From an uncultured bacterium (GTDB lineage: Bacteria > Pseudomonadota > Gammaproteobacteria > Burkholderiales > SG8-39), in NCBI GenBank assembly GCA_965233185.1, contig CBDDSA010000092.1, positions 1,270 to 65,269 on the forward strand: 64,000 nucleotides of DNA, written 5' to 3'. Position 1 is the first letter of the stretch. Every line of letters begins with the position of its first letter. The notes below the pieces were generated by a model, which was not told the origin of the DNA, made no database searches, and worked only from the letters and a program-made list of their open reading frames with translations. The position numbers and the translations under genes were made by a program. Shown piece by piece: positions 54,847 to 64,000 of this stretch.

Positions 54847-55758
54847 ATGCGCCAGTTCAATGAAGACACGCTCACCGATGCAGTCATCGCGCGCCTGAAG
54901 GACGCCCAGAACCCGCGCTTGCGGCAGATCGTCACCAGCCTGGTCAAGCACGTGCACGCGTTCGCGCGGGAAGTTGAGCTTACCGAGGAGGAGTGGTTCG
55001 AGGGCATCAAGTTCCTCACCGCCACCGGCCAGAAGTGCGACGACAAGCGGCAGGAATTCATCCTGCTGTCCGACGTGCTCGGCCTGTCGATGATGGTGGT
55101 CGCGCTCAACCACAAGACCGCACCCGGGGCGACCGAGGCAACGGTGCTGGGACCCTTTTTCGCCCACGGCGCGCCGGAGTTCGAGTTCGGCGCCGACCTG
55201 CGCGAAGGCGCCAGCCTCAAGGGCGAGGACACCTGGGTCACCGGCCGCATCCTGTCGACCGACGGCAAGCCCGTCGCCAACGCCACGCTGGACATCTGGC
55301 AGGCCAAGGCCGACGGCATCTACGACGTGCAGGAGCCGGACTCGGAGTTCGAGCTGCGCGGGCGTGTCAAGGCAAATGCCAGGGGAGAGTACGCCTTCAA
55401 GACCTACAAGCCGAAGTTCTACGGCGTGCCGACCGACGGGCCGGTGGGCGAGCTGCTGCGCGCGATGGGCCGCCACCCGATGCGCCCGGCGCACATGCAC
55501 GCGATCGTCTCGGCGCCGGGCTACCAGCAGGTCATCACCCACGTGTTCGTGGAAGGCGACCCGTACCTCGACTCCGACGCGGTGTTCGCGGTCAAGGACT
55601 CGCTGGTCGGCAAGTACGTGAAGGTGGACTCGCCGGAAGAGGCGAAGAAGCTCGGCATGCCGAGCCCCTTCCTCAAGCTCGAGTGGGACTTCCACCTCGC
55701 GCCGGAATCCGGCGTGAAAGCGCGCAAAACCGTCGCGCCCAGCGACGCGGTCGCATGA
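54847..55758 (+). CDS. intradiol dioxygenase (hydroxyquinol/catechol 1,2-dioxygenase family)
   Basis: GGAGGAGG Shine-Dalgarno. 303 aa with an N-terminal helical dimerisation domain, GPFF and HPMRPAHMH. Confidence 0.85.
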   Translation: MRQFNEDTLTDAVIARLKDAQNPRLRQIVTSLVKHVHAFAREVELTEEEWFEGIKFLTATGQKCDDKRQEFILLSDVLGLSMMVVALNHKTAPGATEATVLGPFFAHGAPEFEFGADLREGASLKGEDTWVTGRILSTDGKPVANATLDIWQAKADGIYDVQEPDSEFELRGRVKANARGEYAFKTYKPKFYGVPTDGPVGELLRAMGRHPMRPAHMHAIVSAPGYQQVITHVFVEGDPYLDSDAVFAVKDSLVGKYVKVDSPEEAKKLGMPSPFLKLEWDFHLAPESGVKARKTVAPSDAVA

Positions 55759-56339
55759 TCTGGCGGGTGCGGCGCGTCCTGACCGGGCACGACGCCGCCG
55801 GCCGGTCCACCTTCATCGCCGACGGGCTCGCCGCGAACGTGAAGGAGATGGCGTCCATGCCCGGGCTCGCCCTCACCGACCTTTGGGAGACCGGCGCGGC
55901 GCCGGCCAGCAATGCCGGCGACAAGGACGCCGCCGAGCGGCCGGTGCGCCTGGAGCCGCCGAAAAACGGCACCCTCCTGCGCATCGTGGAGTTCCCGCCC
56001 GACTCGGCGTGGCGCCAGGGCGCCGACGCCCGGGAGGCGTTCAAGTCGATCGGCGCCGGCCACGCCAAGGACCGCGCCTCCAGCGACCCGATGATGCACA
56101 AGACCAGCACGGTCGACTACATCATCGTGCTGAAGGGCGAGATCTACGCCATCATGGAAACCGGCGAGAAGCTGCTCAAGGCCGGCGACATCCTGGTGCA
56201 GCGCGGCACCAACCATTCGTGGAGCGTGCGCGGCAACGAGCCTTGCATCGTGGCGGCGATTCTCGTCAGCGCCAAGCCCGTCGGCGCTCCGAAAAAGACC
56301 TCACGTCCGGCAAAGAAAGCGAAGAAGAAAAAGCGATGA
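55755..56339 (+). CDS. cupin-domain protein with lysine-rich tail
   Basis: ATGA overlaps at both ends. 194 aa. MHKTSTVDYIIVLKGE...GTNHSW, with a KKAKKKKR tail. Confidence 0.6.
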   Translation: MIWRVRRVLTGHDAAGRSTFIADGLAANVKEMASMPGLALTDLWETGAAPASNAGDKDAAERPVRLEPPKNGTLLRIVEFPPDSAWRQGADAREAFKSIGAGHAKDRASSDPMMHKTSTVDYIIVLKGEIYAIMETGEKLLKAGDILVQRGTNHSWSVRGNEPCIVAAILVSAKPVGAPKKTSRPAKKAKKKKR

Positions 56340-57211
56340 CGCGGGTCGGCGTCATCGGGCTGGGCATCATGGGCTCGGCGATGTCCGCGAACCTGGTCAG
56401 GGCCCGCTTCGACGTGTGCGGCTACGACGTGCTGCCGGCGCGGCGCGCGGCATTGCGCAAGGCGCGCGGCACGGCCTGCGACTCGGCGGCGGAAGTCGCG
56501 GCGCGCGCCGGCATCGTCATCACCTCTTTGCCGAGCGCGCAGGCGCTGCACGACGTGGCACGCGAGATCGAGACGCCGTGCATCATCGTCGAGACCAGCA
56601 CGCTGCCCATCGAGGAGAAGCTCCTCGCCCGCGAAGCGCTGGCCAAGAAGAAAATCGTGCTGCTCGATTGCCCGCTTTCCGGCACCGGGGCGCAGGCGAA
56701 AACCAAGGACCTGTCGGTCTACGGCAGCGGCGACCGGAAATCGTTCGAAAAGACGCGGCCGGTGCTCGAAGGCTTCTCCCGGGCGCACTACTACCTGGGC
56801 GAATTCGGCAACGGCAGCAAGATGAAATTCGTCGCCAACCTGCTGGTGGCGATCCACAACGTCGCCGCCGCCGAGGCCTTCGTGCTCGGCATGAAGGCCG
56901 GGCTCGACCCCGAAACCCTGTACAAGGTCGCCGGGGACGGCGCCGGCACCTCGCGCATGTTCCAGGTGCGTGGCCCCCAGATGGTGGCGGGCCGCTACGA
57001 CGAAGCGACCATGAAGGTCGAGGTGTGGCAGAAGGACATGAAGATCATCGGCGAGTACGCCACGCGCCTGGGCGTGCCCACCGCGCTGTTCAACGCCTCG
57101 GCCGCGGTCTACACCGCCGCCATGGCGCAGGGCTTCGAGAAGCAGGACACCGCCTCGGTGTGCGCCGTGCTCGAGGCGATGGCCCGCGTGAAGCGCCCGC
57201 GCCGGCGCTAG
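56336..57211 (+). CDS. NAD(P)-dependent oxidoreductase, 3-hydroxyisobutyrate dehydrogenase family
   Basis: 291 aa containing VGVIGLGIMGSAM and GSKMKFVANL. Confidence 0.85.
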   Translation: MTRVGVIGLGIMGSAMSANLVRARFDVCGYDVLPARRAALRKARGTACDSAAEVAARAGIVITSLPSAQALHDVAREIETPCIIVETSTLPIEEKLLAREALAKKKIVLLDCPLSGTGAQAKTKDLSVYGSGDRKSFEKTRPVLEGFSRAHYYLGEFGNGSKMKFVANLLVAIHNVAAAEAFVLGMKAGLDPETLYKVAGDGAGTSRMFQVRGPQMVAGRYDEATMKVEVWQKDMKIIGEYATRLGVPTALFNASAAVYTAAMAQGFEKQDTASVCAVLEAMARVKRPRRR

Positions 57212-57606
57212 GCGCTCCGGCGGCGGGCCTGGCCGACCGCTGCTCTCAGCTGCGAAGCCGCCAGCTCGGCCGGATCCTCGGTGTTGTCCTCGGCGTTGTC
57301 CTCGGTGTCGTCATCGGTGTTGTCCTCCGTGTTGTCCGCGGCGCTCGCATAGGCTTCGCGCACCACCGCCTGAGACCCGTCCAGCTGCTCCTGCATGCGG
57401 TCGATCATGGATTTCTGCGCGTCACCGGCGACGCGCCACAGCCCGGTCCAGAACTCGGTTACGCGCCCGAGCTGGCCGCCCACCATGTCGAGCTGTTGCT
57501 GCTGCAGGCGCTCGGTGTTTTCCAGCGAAGCCTTCATGAGGTCCGTCGCCGAGCGGATGCCGGCGCGGTAAATGTCGAAAAACGGGCTCTGCACGTCATC
57601 TCCCAA
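57208..57606 (-). CDS. phasin-family protein with repetitive acidic tail
   Basis: 132-aa ORF. FFDIYRAGIRSATDLMKASLENTERLQQQQLDM. The tail DNTEDNTDDDTEDNAEDNTED is encoded by a 12-nt tandem repeat. Confidence 0.65.
   Translation of the reverse strand: MGDDVQSPFFDIYRAGIRSATDLMKASLENTERLQQQQLDMVGGQLGRVTEFWTGLWRVAGDAQKSMIDRMQEQLDGSQAVVREAYASAADNTEDNTDDDTEDNAEDNTEDPAELAASQLRAAVGQARRRSA
57275..57334. repeat. five copies of a 12-nt tandem repeat (TCCTCGGTGTTG consensus) inside the phasin gene
   Basis: tcctcggtgttg tcctcggcgttg tcctcggtgtcg tcatcggtgttg tcctccgtgttg. Confidence 0.8.
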
Positions 57607-57753
57607 GGGTGAATGGAACCAGCGGAGCGCGAGTCTAGCCCGCGAGCGGCGGCTGCCCTATCACCGTTAACGTCTGCTTGGTATCACTCAAGTGGCGACG
57701 CGCGCCGGGCATGGGGTTTGCTGGTGCGGGGAATCGACTACCACGGAGCCACC

Positions 57754-58215
57754 ATGCCCAAAGCCAAAAGCAAGCCGCTCAGCGCCATCGCGCTGCTCAA
57801 GGAAGACCACGCATACGTGAAGAAGGCCTTCCGCCACTTCGAGAAGATGGACCACGAGGACCATGAAGCGATGCAGGCGCTGGTAAGCCAGGTGTGCAGC
57901 GCGCTCAAGGTGCATACCCGGGTGGAGGAAGAGCTGTTCTATCCCGCGGTGCGCAAGAAGATCGAGGACGAGGACCTCATGAACGAAGCCGAGGTCGAGC
58001 ACGACTCGGCCAGGATCCTCATCCGCCAGCTGGAGAAGATGAAGCCGAGCGATCCGAAGTACCCGGCCACCTTCACCGTGCTGGGCGAGTACGTGATGCA
58101 CCATGTGAAGGAGGAGGAAACCGAGATGTTTCCCAAGGCGCGCCGGCGCAAGGTCAACGTCAAGGCGCTGGGCGACAAGCTGATGGCGCGCAAAATCCAG
58201 CTCGTAAGGATTTAG
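57754..58215 (+). CDS. hemerythrin-domain protein
   Basis: 153 codons in the frame of ORF 57613..58215. Contains LLKEDHAYVKKAF, EEELFYPA, EHDSA and MHHVKEEE. Confidence 0.75.
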   Translation: MPKAKSKPLSAIALLKEDHAYVKKAFRHFEKMDHEDHEAMQALVSQVCSALKVHTRVEEELFYPAVRKKIEDEDLMNEAEVEHDSARILIRQLEKMKPSDPKYPATFTVLGEYVMHHVKEEETEMFPKARRRKVNVKALGDKLMARKIQLVRI

Positions 58216-58235
58216 AATGGCGGCAAGGAGGCTGC

Positions 58236-58922
58236 ATGGACGACTGGCGCAACGACGACTGGAAAAACATCCGCACCTGGACCCGGGACCAGATGATGAA
58301 GCGCGTGGCGCGCTTCCGGAAGCTGAAGGGCTCCGACGGCGGGCTGCCCGACAGCCCGCTGCCGGAATGCCGGCGCAAGCTGTATGCGGTCATCGGCTTC
58401 CAGCCTCCCTTGTCCGATTCCGCCTCGGTCACGTCTCCCGTGGGGGGCGACGCCTCCGCCATGCCCGCGATCTCGATTTCCGAGGGCTTCAACCTGGGCT
58501 ATTGCAAGGCGAAGCCCGGCAAGGGGCCGCTGATGCACAACCACGACACCAACGAGACCTTCATCCCCATGACCGGCCGCTGGCGCTGCGAATGGAACGA
58601 GGGCGAGGCGCTGGAATGGGTGGACCTCGCCCCCTATGACGTGATTTCGTTCCCGCCCGGGGTGGCGCGCCGCTTCATGAACGTTACCTACGACGAGCCG
58701 GGCAAGGAGCACCTGCTCATGTTCGTGATCGGCGGCAACCAGCCGCTCGCCGAGTTCACGCCGCTCGCGATGCAGCGCTGCGAAGCGTACGCCACAGCAC
58801 AAGCGCCACGAACGCCGTCGCGAGCAGCAGCGTCGCGCCCGCCACGCCGCGCCACAGCGGCGAAGGGTGGTCCTGCGCGTAGCGCGCGGCGGCGTAAGCC
58901 AGAGCGTCGAGCGGGAAGGTAA
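58236..58922 (+). CDS. cupin-domain protein (C-terminal tail runs antisense into the next gene)
   Basis: AAGGAGG Shine-Dalgarno at 58225-58231. Contains PLMHNHDTNETFIP. The last roughly 55 codons overlap the convergent TDT gene and are Arg/Ala/Pro-rich. Confidence 0.6.
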   Translation: MDDWRNDDWKNIRTWTRDQMMKRVARFRKLKGSDGGLPDSPLPECRRKLYAVIGFQPPLSDSASVTSPVGGDASAMPAISISEGFNLGYCKAKPGKGPLMHNHDTNETFIPMTGRWRCEWNEGEALEWVDLAPYDVISFPPGVARRFMNVTYDEPGKEHLLMFVIGGNQPLAEFTPLAMQRCEAYATAQAPRTPSRAAASRPPRRATAAKGGPARSARRRKPERRAGR

Positions 58923-59694
58923 ACGCCCACCAGGGCGCCCCGAACGGCCAGCGCAGCAGCCGGCGCGAGTACACCAGCAGCGCCGCGGCGAGCAGCAGCG
59001 CGAAGAAGAACAGGTTCTCGAGGATGGGCGTCGCCGCGTACAGCGCCATGCCGTTGGCGTACACCAGCGAAGGCGGCACCAGCAGGATGAACCAGCTCGG
59101 GCGCAGCGGCTCGGGCAGCGGCACGCCCAGCACCGCGCGGTAGAACAGCAGCGCCATCATGATCGGCGAGGCGACCGCCGAGACGCCGAACATGAAGCGC
59201 GCGGCCTCCACGTTGCCCAGCGCGATCCCCGGGCCGGGGAACACGATGCCGCCGACCATGATGATCAGCCAGCCGGCGTTCACCTGCGCGAGCTCGATGC
59301 CCCCCGACAGCCAGCGGTAGAGGGCCCAGACCTGGAACGACAGCAGCAGGGCAGCGGCGCTCCACCACAGGACCTGGCCCGCGAAAGGCAGGTAGGGGGC
59401 GATGCCGCCGGCCACCAGCGCCATGCCCACCGGCAGGGCGCCGCAGAAGCCCAGCTGCGCGGGATTGAGGAATTCCTGCCCGACCGCGCCCGGAAAGCGG
59501 ACCAGCTTGAGGACGTAAAGCGGAACCAGGATGAGGAACGCGATCAGGCCGAGGGCGACCCACAGCTCGGTGAAATAGGCCGGTGCCCGGAACACGCCCG
59601 GCAGCACGGTGGCGGTGGCGCGCGCGGTGAGGCCCAGGCCGGCGAGGCCCATCACCGCGCCGTACATGCCGACCGGCAGCTCCTCGAGCCTCAA
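58756..59694 (-). CDS. TDT-family (TehA/Mae1/SLAC1-like) anion transporter
   Basis: 312-aa ORF with about ten TM helices. Confidence 0.75.
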   Translation of the reverse strand: MRLEELPVGMYGAVMGLAGLGLTARATATVLPGVFRAPAYFTELWVALGLIAFLILVPLYVLKLVRFPGAVGQEFLNPAQLGFCGALPVGMALVAGGIAPYLPFAGQVLWWSAAALLLSFQVWALYRWLSGGIELAQVNAGWLIIMVGGIVFPGPGIALGNVEAARFMFGVSAVASPIMMALLFYRAVLGVPLPEPLRPSWFILLVPPSLVYANGMALYAATPILENLFFFALLLAAALLVYSRRLLRWPFGAPWWAFTFPLDALAYAAARYAQDHPSPLWRGVAGATLLLATAFVALVLWRTLRSAASRAA

Positions 59695-60425
59695 GCCGTG
59701 GTGCCGAGGTAGTAGTTCTTGACCAGCTCGTTCTGCTCCAGCTCCCGCACGCCGCCCTCGAAGACGATCTCGCCGTGCACGATGATGTAGCCGCGATCGG
59801 CGATGCGGATCGCCTGGTGGAAGTTCTGCTCCGCCATCAGCACCGTGAGGCCGTACTGCTCCTTCAGCTCCTTCACCTTGGTGATGGTGTGCGACACCAG
59901 GATGGGCGCGAGGCCCACGGAAGGCTCGTCCACCAGCAGCAGCCGGGGCGAGGACATCAGCGCGCGCGCGATCGCCAGCATCTGCTGCTGGCCGCCCGAC
60001 ATCGAGCCGGCGAGCTGGCGGCGGCGCTCGGCCAGCACCGGGAAGGCTTCGTAGCAGAAGTCCCGGTTCTTCTGGATGTGGGCGCGCGCGTCCTTGCGGA
60101 AGGCGCCCAGCAGCAGGTTCTCCTCGACGGTCAGCTTGGGGAACAGGCGCCTGCCCTCCGGCACCATCGCCACGCCGAGGTTGACGATCTGCTCGGTGGA
60201 GAGCCGAGTGAGGTCATGACTCCGACCCTCAAGGCTCAGGACAACGGAACCCGCCGTGGGCCGCACCATGCCCATGACGCACTTCATGAGGGTGCTCTTG
60301 CCGTTACCGTTGGTTCCGAGCAGGGCAACCGTGGTTCCTGCCTTCACGTCGATGGAGACGCCATGCAGCGCCCGCACCGCCCCGTAGCCCGCGCTGACGT
60401 CGCGAATCTGCAGCTCAAGCGCCAA
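59691..60425 (-). CDS. branched-chain amino acid (HAAT) ABC transporter ATP-binding protein, LivF-like
   Basis: 244-aa ORF containing GTNGNGKST, LSGGQQQMLAIARAL and LLLVDEPS. Confidence 0.85.
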   Translation of the reverse strand: MALELQIRDVSAGYGAVRALHGVSIDVKAGTTVALLGTNGNGKSTLMKCVMGMVRPTAGSVVLSLEGRSHDLTRLSTEQIVNLGVAMVPEGRRLFPKLTVEENLLLGAFRKDARAHIQKNRDFCYEAFPVLAERRRQLAGSMSGGQQQMLAIARALMSSPRLLLVDEPSVGLAPILVSHTITKVKELKEQYGLTVLMAEQNFHQAIRIADRGYIIVHGEIVFEGGVRELEQNELVKNYYLGTTA

Positions 60426-61131
60426 GGTAGGCCCTTTGCACGTCCGGGTTGGCGACGATCGAGGCCGGCGTGCCCTCGCAGATGATCCTGCCCGCGTCCA
60501 GGCAGACGACGCGCTGCGAGAAGCGCATCACCGCCTGCATGATGTGCTCGATCATGATCACCGTGATGCCGCTCGCGTTGAGGTCGAACAGGATCTTCAG
60601 CACCTCGTCCACCTCGCTGCCCGAGAGGCCGGCCATGGCCTCGTCCGAGATCAGCAGGCGCGGCCGGGCCGCCATGGCGCGCGCCAGCTCCAGCTTGCGC
60701 AGCTCCACCTGGGAGAGCTGGTTCGCCTGGGCGTGCGCCTTGGCTGCGAGCCCGATGCGCTCGAGGATCTGCATTGCCTGCTTCTCGCCCTCCGATTGCT
60801 TGAGGTGCACCACGTACTCGTAGGGCACCAGCAGGTTTTCCAGCACCGTCATGCTGTGGAAGGGGCGCGGCAGCTGGAAGCTGCGCGCGATGCCGCGCCG
60901 GGTGCGCTTGTAGGCCGGCAGGCCCGAGATCTCCACGTCCTCGAAGCGGATGGAGCCGCCGTCGTTGCGCAGCGCGCTCGAGATGCAGTTGATCAGGGTG
61001 GTCTTGCCCGAGCCGTTGGGGCCGATCAGGCCGAAGCGCTCCCCCGGCGCGATGTCGATGCTCACGTCCGAGAGCGCCGTGAACCCGCCGAAGTGCTTCG
61101 AGATGCCTTTTACCTGAAGAAGCGCGTCCAT
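60415..61131 (-). CDS. HAAT ABC transporter ATP-binding protein, LivG-like
   Basis: 238 codons in the frame of ORF 60415..61824. Contains GPNGSGKTT and a degenerate signature LSQVELRKLELARAM. Confidence 0.8.
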   Translation of the reverse strand: MDALLQVKGISKHFGGFTALSDVSIDIAPGERFGLIGPNGSGKTTLINCISSALRNDGGSIRFEDVEISGLPAYKRTRRGIARSFQLPRPFHSMTVLENLLVPYEYVVHLKQSEGEKQAMQILERIGLAAKAHAQANQLSQVELRKLELARAMAARPRLLISDEAMAGLSGSEVDEVLKILFDLNASGITVIMIEHIMQAVMRFSQRVVCLDAGRIICEGTPASIVANPDVQRAYLGA

Positions 61132-62042
61132 TTCCTGACCAGTCCGATGACCCCGTCCGGGGCGAGCACGACGAACAGCACCAGCAGCACGCCCACCACC
61201 AGCACGTTGATCTCGTTGGAGATCGTGACGGTGACGATCTGCTGCACCGACGCCAGCAGCAGCGCGCCTATCACCGGGCCGATCCAGTGCCCGGTGCCGC
61301 CGATCATCGGCATGGCGAGCGCCGACACCGAATAGGCGAGGTTGAAGCTCGACACCGGCTCGATGAACGACAGGTACATCGGCATCGGCGCGCCGGCCGC
61401 GCCCATCAGCACGCCCGATATGGTGCACGCGAACAGCTTCAGCTTCAGCGTCGGCACGCCGGAGGCCTCGGCCGCCTCCTCCGAGTCGCGGATGGCGCGC
61501 AGGCCCCGTCCGATCCACGAGGTCTGCACGTAGCGCGCAACCGACACTGCCGCCACGGCGAGCAGCGCCATGACCGCGAACAGCATGCGTGTGTAGGTGT
61601 CGAACGGGGCGATCACCTCGGGCCGCAGGAGCTGCAGCCCGGTGGCGCCGCCGACATAGCGCCAGTTGATCATGAGCGTCTCGCAGATGAAGATCACCGC
61701 CACGGTGGCGATGGCGAAGAAGATGCCGCGCAGGCGCAGGGTGAGCAGCCCCACGCCGAAGCCGAGCAGCCCGCTCACCAGCGCGCCCCCCGCGATCTGC
61801 ACGGCAAGGGGCGCCCCCAGCCACTTGAATAGCACCACCGCGGTGTAGGCGCCGATGCCGAAAAATGCGGCGGTGCCGAAGTTCACGTAGCCGGCGTAGC
61901 CGCCCAGGATGTTCCAGGCGGTGGCGAGCACCACGAACTGCAGCACCACGAAGGCGGCGTAGAAGAAATACTCGTTGATGCCCGAGAGCGCCGCGCCGAA
62001 AGCAGCGGGCGCTACGACGGCCGCGCCGATCCAGTATTTCAT
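61110..62042 (-). CDS. HAAT ABC transporter permease, LivM-like
   Basis: 310-aa polytopic ORF. Confidence 0.8.
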   Translation of the reverse strand: MKYWIGAAVVAPAAFGAALSGINEYFFYAAFVVLQFVVLATAWNILGGYAGYVNFGTAAFFGIGAYTAVVLFKWLGAPLAVQIAGGALVSGLLGFGVGLLTLRLRGIFFAIATVAVIFICETLMINWRYVGGATGLQLLRPEVIAPFDTYTRMLFAVMALLAVAAVSVARYVQTSWIGRGLRAIRDSEEAAEASGVPTLKLKLFACTISGVLMGAAGAPMPMYLSFIEPVSSFNLAYSVSALAMPMIGGTGHWIGPVIGALLLASVQQIVTVTISNEINVLVVGVLLVLFVVLAPDGVIGLVRKWTRFFR

Positions 62043-62049
62043 CGGAGGC

Positions 62050-62925
62050 TCATCTGCCGAACAATCCCTGGGGCCGGATGCCCAAAACCACCAGCAGCAG
62101 GCCGAAGGCCACCGCGGGGGCCCACGAGGCGCCCAGCATCATGAGCACGATGGATTCGGCGATGCCCAGGATCAGCCCCGCCGCGAGGGTGCCCGTCATG
62201 CTGCCCAGGCCGGCAAGCACCACCACGCAGAAGGTGCGGCCGATGTACAGCCGGTCCAGCGCCGGCTCCACCGGACCGACGATGATCAGCATCGCTCCGG
62301 CGAGCGCGCTGACGCCGGTGGCGATGCCGAAGGCCCATTGCTTGATGCGCACCGGGTTGGCGCCCATCAGGCGCAGCGCCGGCTCGTCCTGGGCCACCGC
62401 CTTGATGGCGCGCCCGGTGTAGGTTTTTGACAGATACAGGCTGAGCGAGAAGGTGAGGACCAGGGCAACCCCGAAAGCCACCAGCATGCGATACGGGATG
62501 CGGTAGTCGCCCAGCTCCAGGCTCGAGCCGATGTAGGCGGCCTCCGCCATGCGCTGGTCGACACCGAAGGTAAGGATCAGGCCCACTTCGATGATGAAGG
62601 CGAGGCCGAAGAAAAACGCCAGGCCGCGCACCGCCGCGTCGCTGCCGCGCTTCTCGAAGGTCTCGTAGTAGAAGCGATAGATGAGCACGCCCAGCACGAA
62701 GAACACCGGCATCAGCACCACGCCGGCGACGATGGGATCCAGCCCGTAGCTCGCCACGACGAAAGTGCAATAGGAGCCGAGCACCATGACCGCCGGGTGC
62801 GCCACGTGCGGCACGTCGAGCAGGCCGAACGATACCGACAGCCCGATGCTCACCGCGGCATAGAAGCAGCCGAGCAGCACGCCGAACAGCAGCGCCTCGA
62901 ACAGCAGGTCGAGCGAAAAAATCAT
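62050..62925 (-). CDS. HAAT ABC transporter permease, LivH-like
   Basis: 291-aa polytopic ORF. Confidence 0.8.
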   Translation of the reverse strand: MIFSLDLLFEALLFGVLLGCFYAAVSIGLSVSFGLLDVPHVAHPAVMVLGSYCTFVVASYGLDPIVAGVVLMPVFFVLGVLIYRFYYETFEKRGSDAAVRGLAFFFGLAFIIEVGLILTFGVDQRMAEAAYIGSSLELGDYRIPYRMLVAFGVALVLTFSLSLYLSKTYTGRAIKAVAQDEPALRLMGANPVRIKQWAFGIATGVSALAGAMLIIVGPVEPALDRLYIGRTFCVVVLAGLGSMTGTLAAGLILGIAESIVLMMLGASWAPAVAFGLLLVVLGIRPQGLFGR

Positions 62926-62993
62926 GCGGCCGTATCAAAGAAACGGCGCGGCATCGCCGCGCCGTCGGATCCGTTACACCGGAAAGACTGCCC

Positions 62994-64000
62994 CTATTTC
63001 GCCTTGCGCGCCTTCTCGAACGGCGCGATCACGTCGCCGGTCTTGTACTCGTCCGGATAGATGACCACCTGCTTGCCCGGCTTGCGAAACTGCTCCATGT
63101 CCTTGTCCACCACGCCGCGGAACTGCGCCTGGATGACCCGCGGATTGGCCCATTCGCCGGTCTTGTCGTAGCGGATCGGCCCGACCACGGTCTTCATCTC
63201 GTTCGAGCGCAGGTACTGCGCTAGCTGCTTGTGGTCGAGGCTCTTGGTGGCGTTCACCGCCTGCTCGAGCATCTGGCCGATGGCGTAGTTGAACGGCGTG
63301 ATGTAGTAGCCCAGCGGGTCGACTTTGGCCTCCACCGCGCGCTTGTTGTAGCGCTCGAGGTAGTCCTCGATGCCGGGATACTTCACGCCCGGGACGTAGG
63401 TGTTGTAGTTGGTGATGCCGTTGAGCAGGCTGCCCAGGTTCTGCATGATCGGCGTGAACTGCAGGCCCACCATGCCGCCGCCGAAGATCTTTACCGAGGA
63501 GCCGACGCCGATCTCGTTCACCGCGCGCACGATGGCCACCGAGTCGTTCGGGTAGGACATGCAGAACACCATGTCCGGGCGCGCGGCGCGGATCGAGCGG
63601 ATGAGCGAGGAAAAGTCGGTGGTGGTCGGCGGGTAGTTCTGGTCGTAGACCGACTTGATGTTGCCCTTCTTCGCCAGCACGCGCGCGCCGTTGGCCAGGT
63701 TCTGCGCGAACTCCTGGTCCGCGGCGAGGAAGGCGATGCTCTTCGCGCCGTGCTTCTGTCCGGCGCGGATGAAGCCGTCGGACCAGCTCGAGGCGTCGTT
63801 CCAGGGCGCGTTGTTGAACCACATGTCGTGCTCGACCTTGTGGTTCACCTGGAACGAGAAGTTGCCCATGAGCAGCAGCCCGCGCTGCTTCACCATCGGC
63901 ATGAGCGGCGCGGTGGGCACCGTGCCGTAGGGCGCGATGAGCAGATCCACCTTGTCGACGTCGAGCAGCTTGGTGTAGATGCCCGGCACGTTGGCCGGAT
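62994..64000 (-). CDS. ABC transporter substrate-binding protein (LivJ/K-type), 5' end outside the window
   Basis: The frame of ORF 62994..63989 stays open to the window edge. Type I binding-protein sequence (IYTKLLDVDKVDLLIAPYGT...). Confidence 0.75.
   Translation of the reverse strand, partial: PANVPGIYTKLLDVDKVDLLIAPYGTVPTAPLMPMVKQRGLLLMGNFSFQVNHKVEHDMWFNNAPWNDASSWSDGFIRAGQKHGAKSIAFLAADQEFAQNLANGARVLAKKGNIKSVYDQNYPPTTTDFSSLIRSIRAARPDMVFCMSYPNDSVAIVRAVNEIGVGSSVKIFGGGMVGLQFTPIMQNLGSLLNGITNYNTYVPGVKYPGIEDYLERYNKRAVEAKVDPLGYYITPFNYAIGQMLEQAVNATKSLDHKQLAQYLRSNEMKTVVGPIRYDKTGEWANPRVIQAQFRGVVDKDMEQFRKPGKQVVIYPDEYKTGDVIAPFEKARKAK

Overview
Very GC-rich 64-kb chromosomal segment. It looks betaproteobacterial (Burkholderiales-like): it has a Bug/TctC receptor, LysR- and MarR-controlled aromatic operons and PHB-related genes. 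This taxonomic placement is inference only. I call about 85 protein-coding genes. Many are translationally coupled through ATGA, GTGA or TAATG overlaps. I saw no rRNA, tRNA, CRISPR, transposase, integrase or prophage genes. Gene content by region: (1) a nine-gene coupled Rieske-oxygenase catabolic operon (1976-8798); (2) a phthalate 4,5-dioxygenase/dehydrogenase/decarboxylase cluster with MarR (42741-46704); (3) a hydroxyquinol-type lower-pathway cluster (53109-57211); (4) a second VanA-like oxygenase locus (28748-31644); (5) RidA/Bug genes; (6) GH15 plus glucose dehydrogenase; (7) ettA, cardiolipin synthase, a patatin-like lipase plus bdhA, two phasins and a HAAT-type ABC importer. Observations worth a second look: (a) an operon coupling an Rnk/Gre-like factor to tandem G-domain-less EF-G domain III+V mini-proteins and a 54-aa membrane peptide (11254-13200), which is my top candidate for an undescribed system; (b) three copies of a GGAAC-N17/18-CATCCAAT ECF-type promoter, linking an ECF sigma that has a C-terminal extension to a ferritin-like/cytochrome c operon and to a CDGSH/FNR/cytochrome-c-peroxidase-like operon; (c) a deletion junction that fuses a truncated peroxidase-like gene to the 3' remnant of a formate-dehydrogenase Fe-S subunit and leaves an orphan gamma subunit; (d) a REP-like nested-palindrome family (core CGGGGTCAGAGCCCG) at four intergenic sites; (e) a 38-bp AT-rich module present at two promoters. 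About ten single-base frameshifts interrupt otherwise intact genes, and at least two coincide with short homopolymer runs. Pseudogene calls may therefore reflect assembly indels rather than biology.
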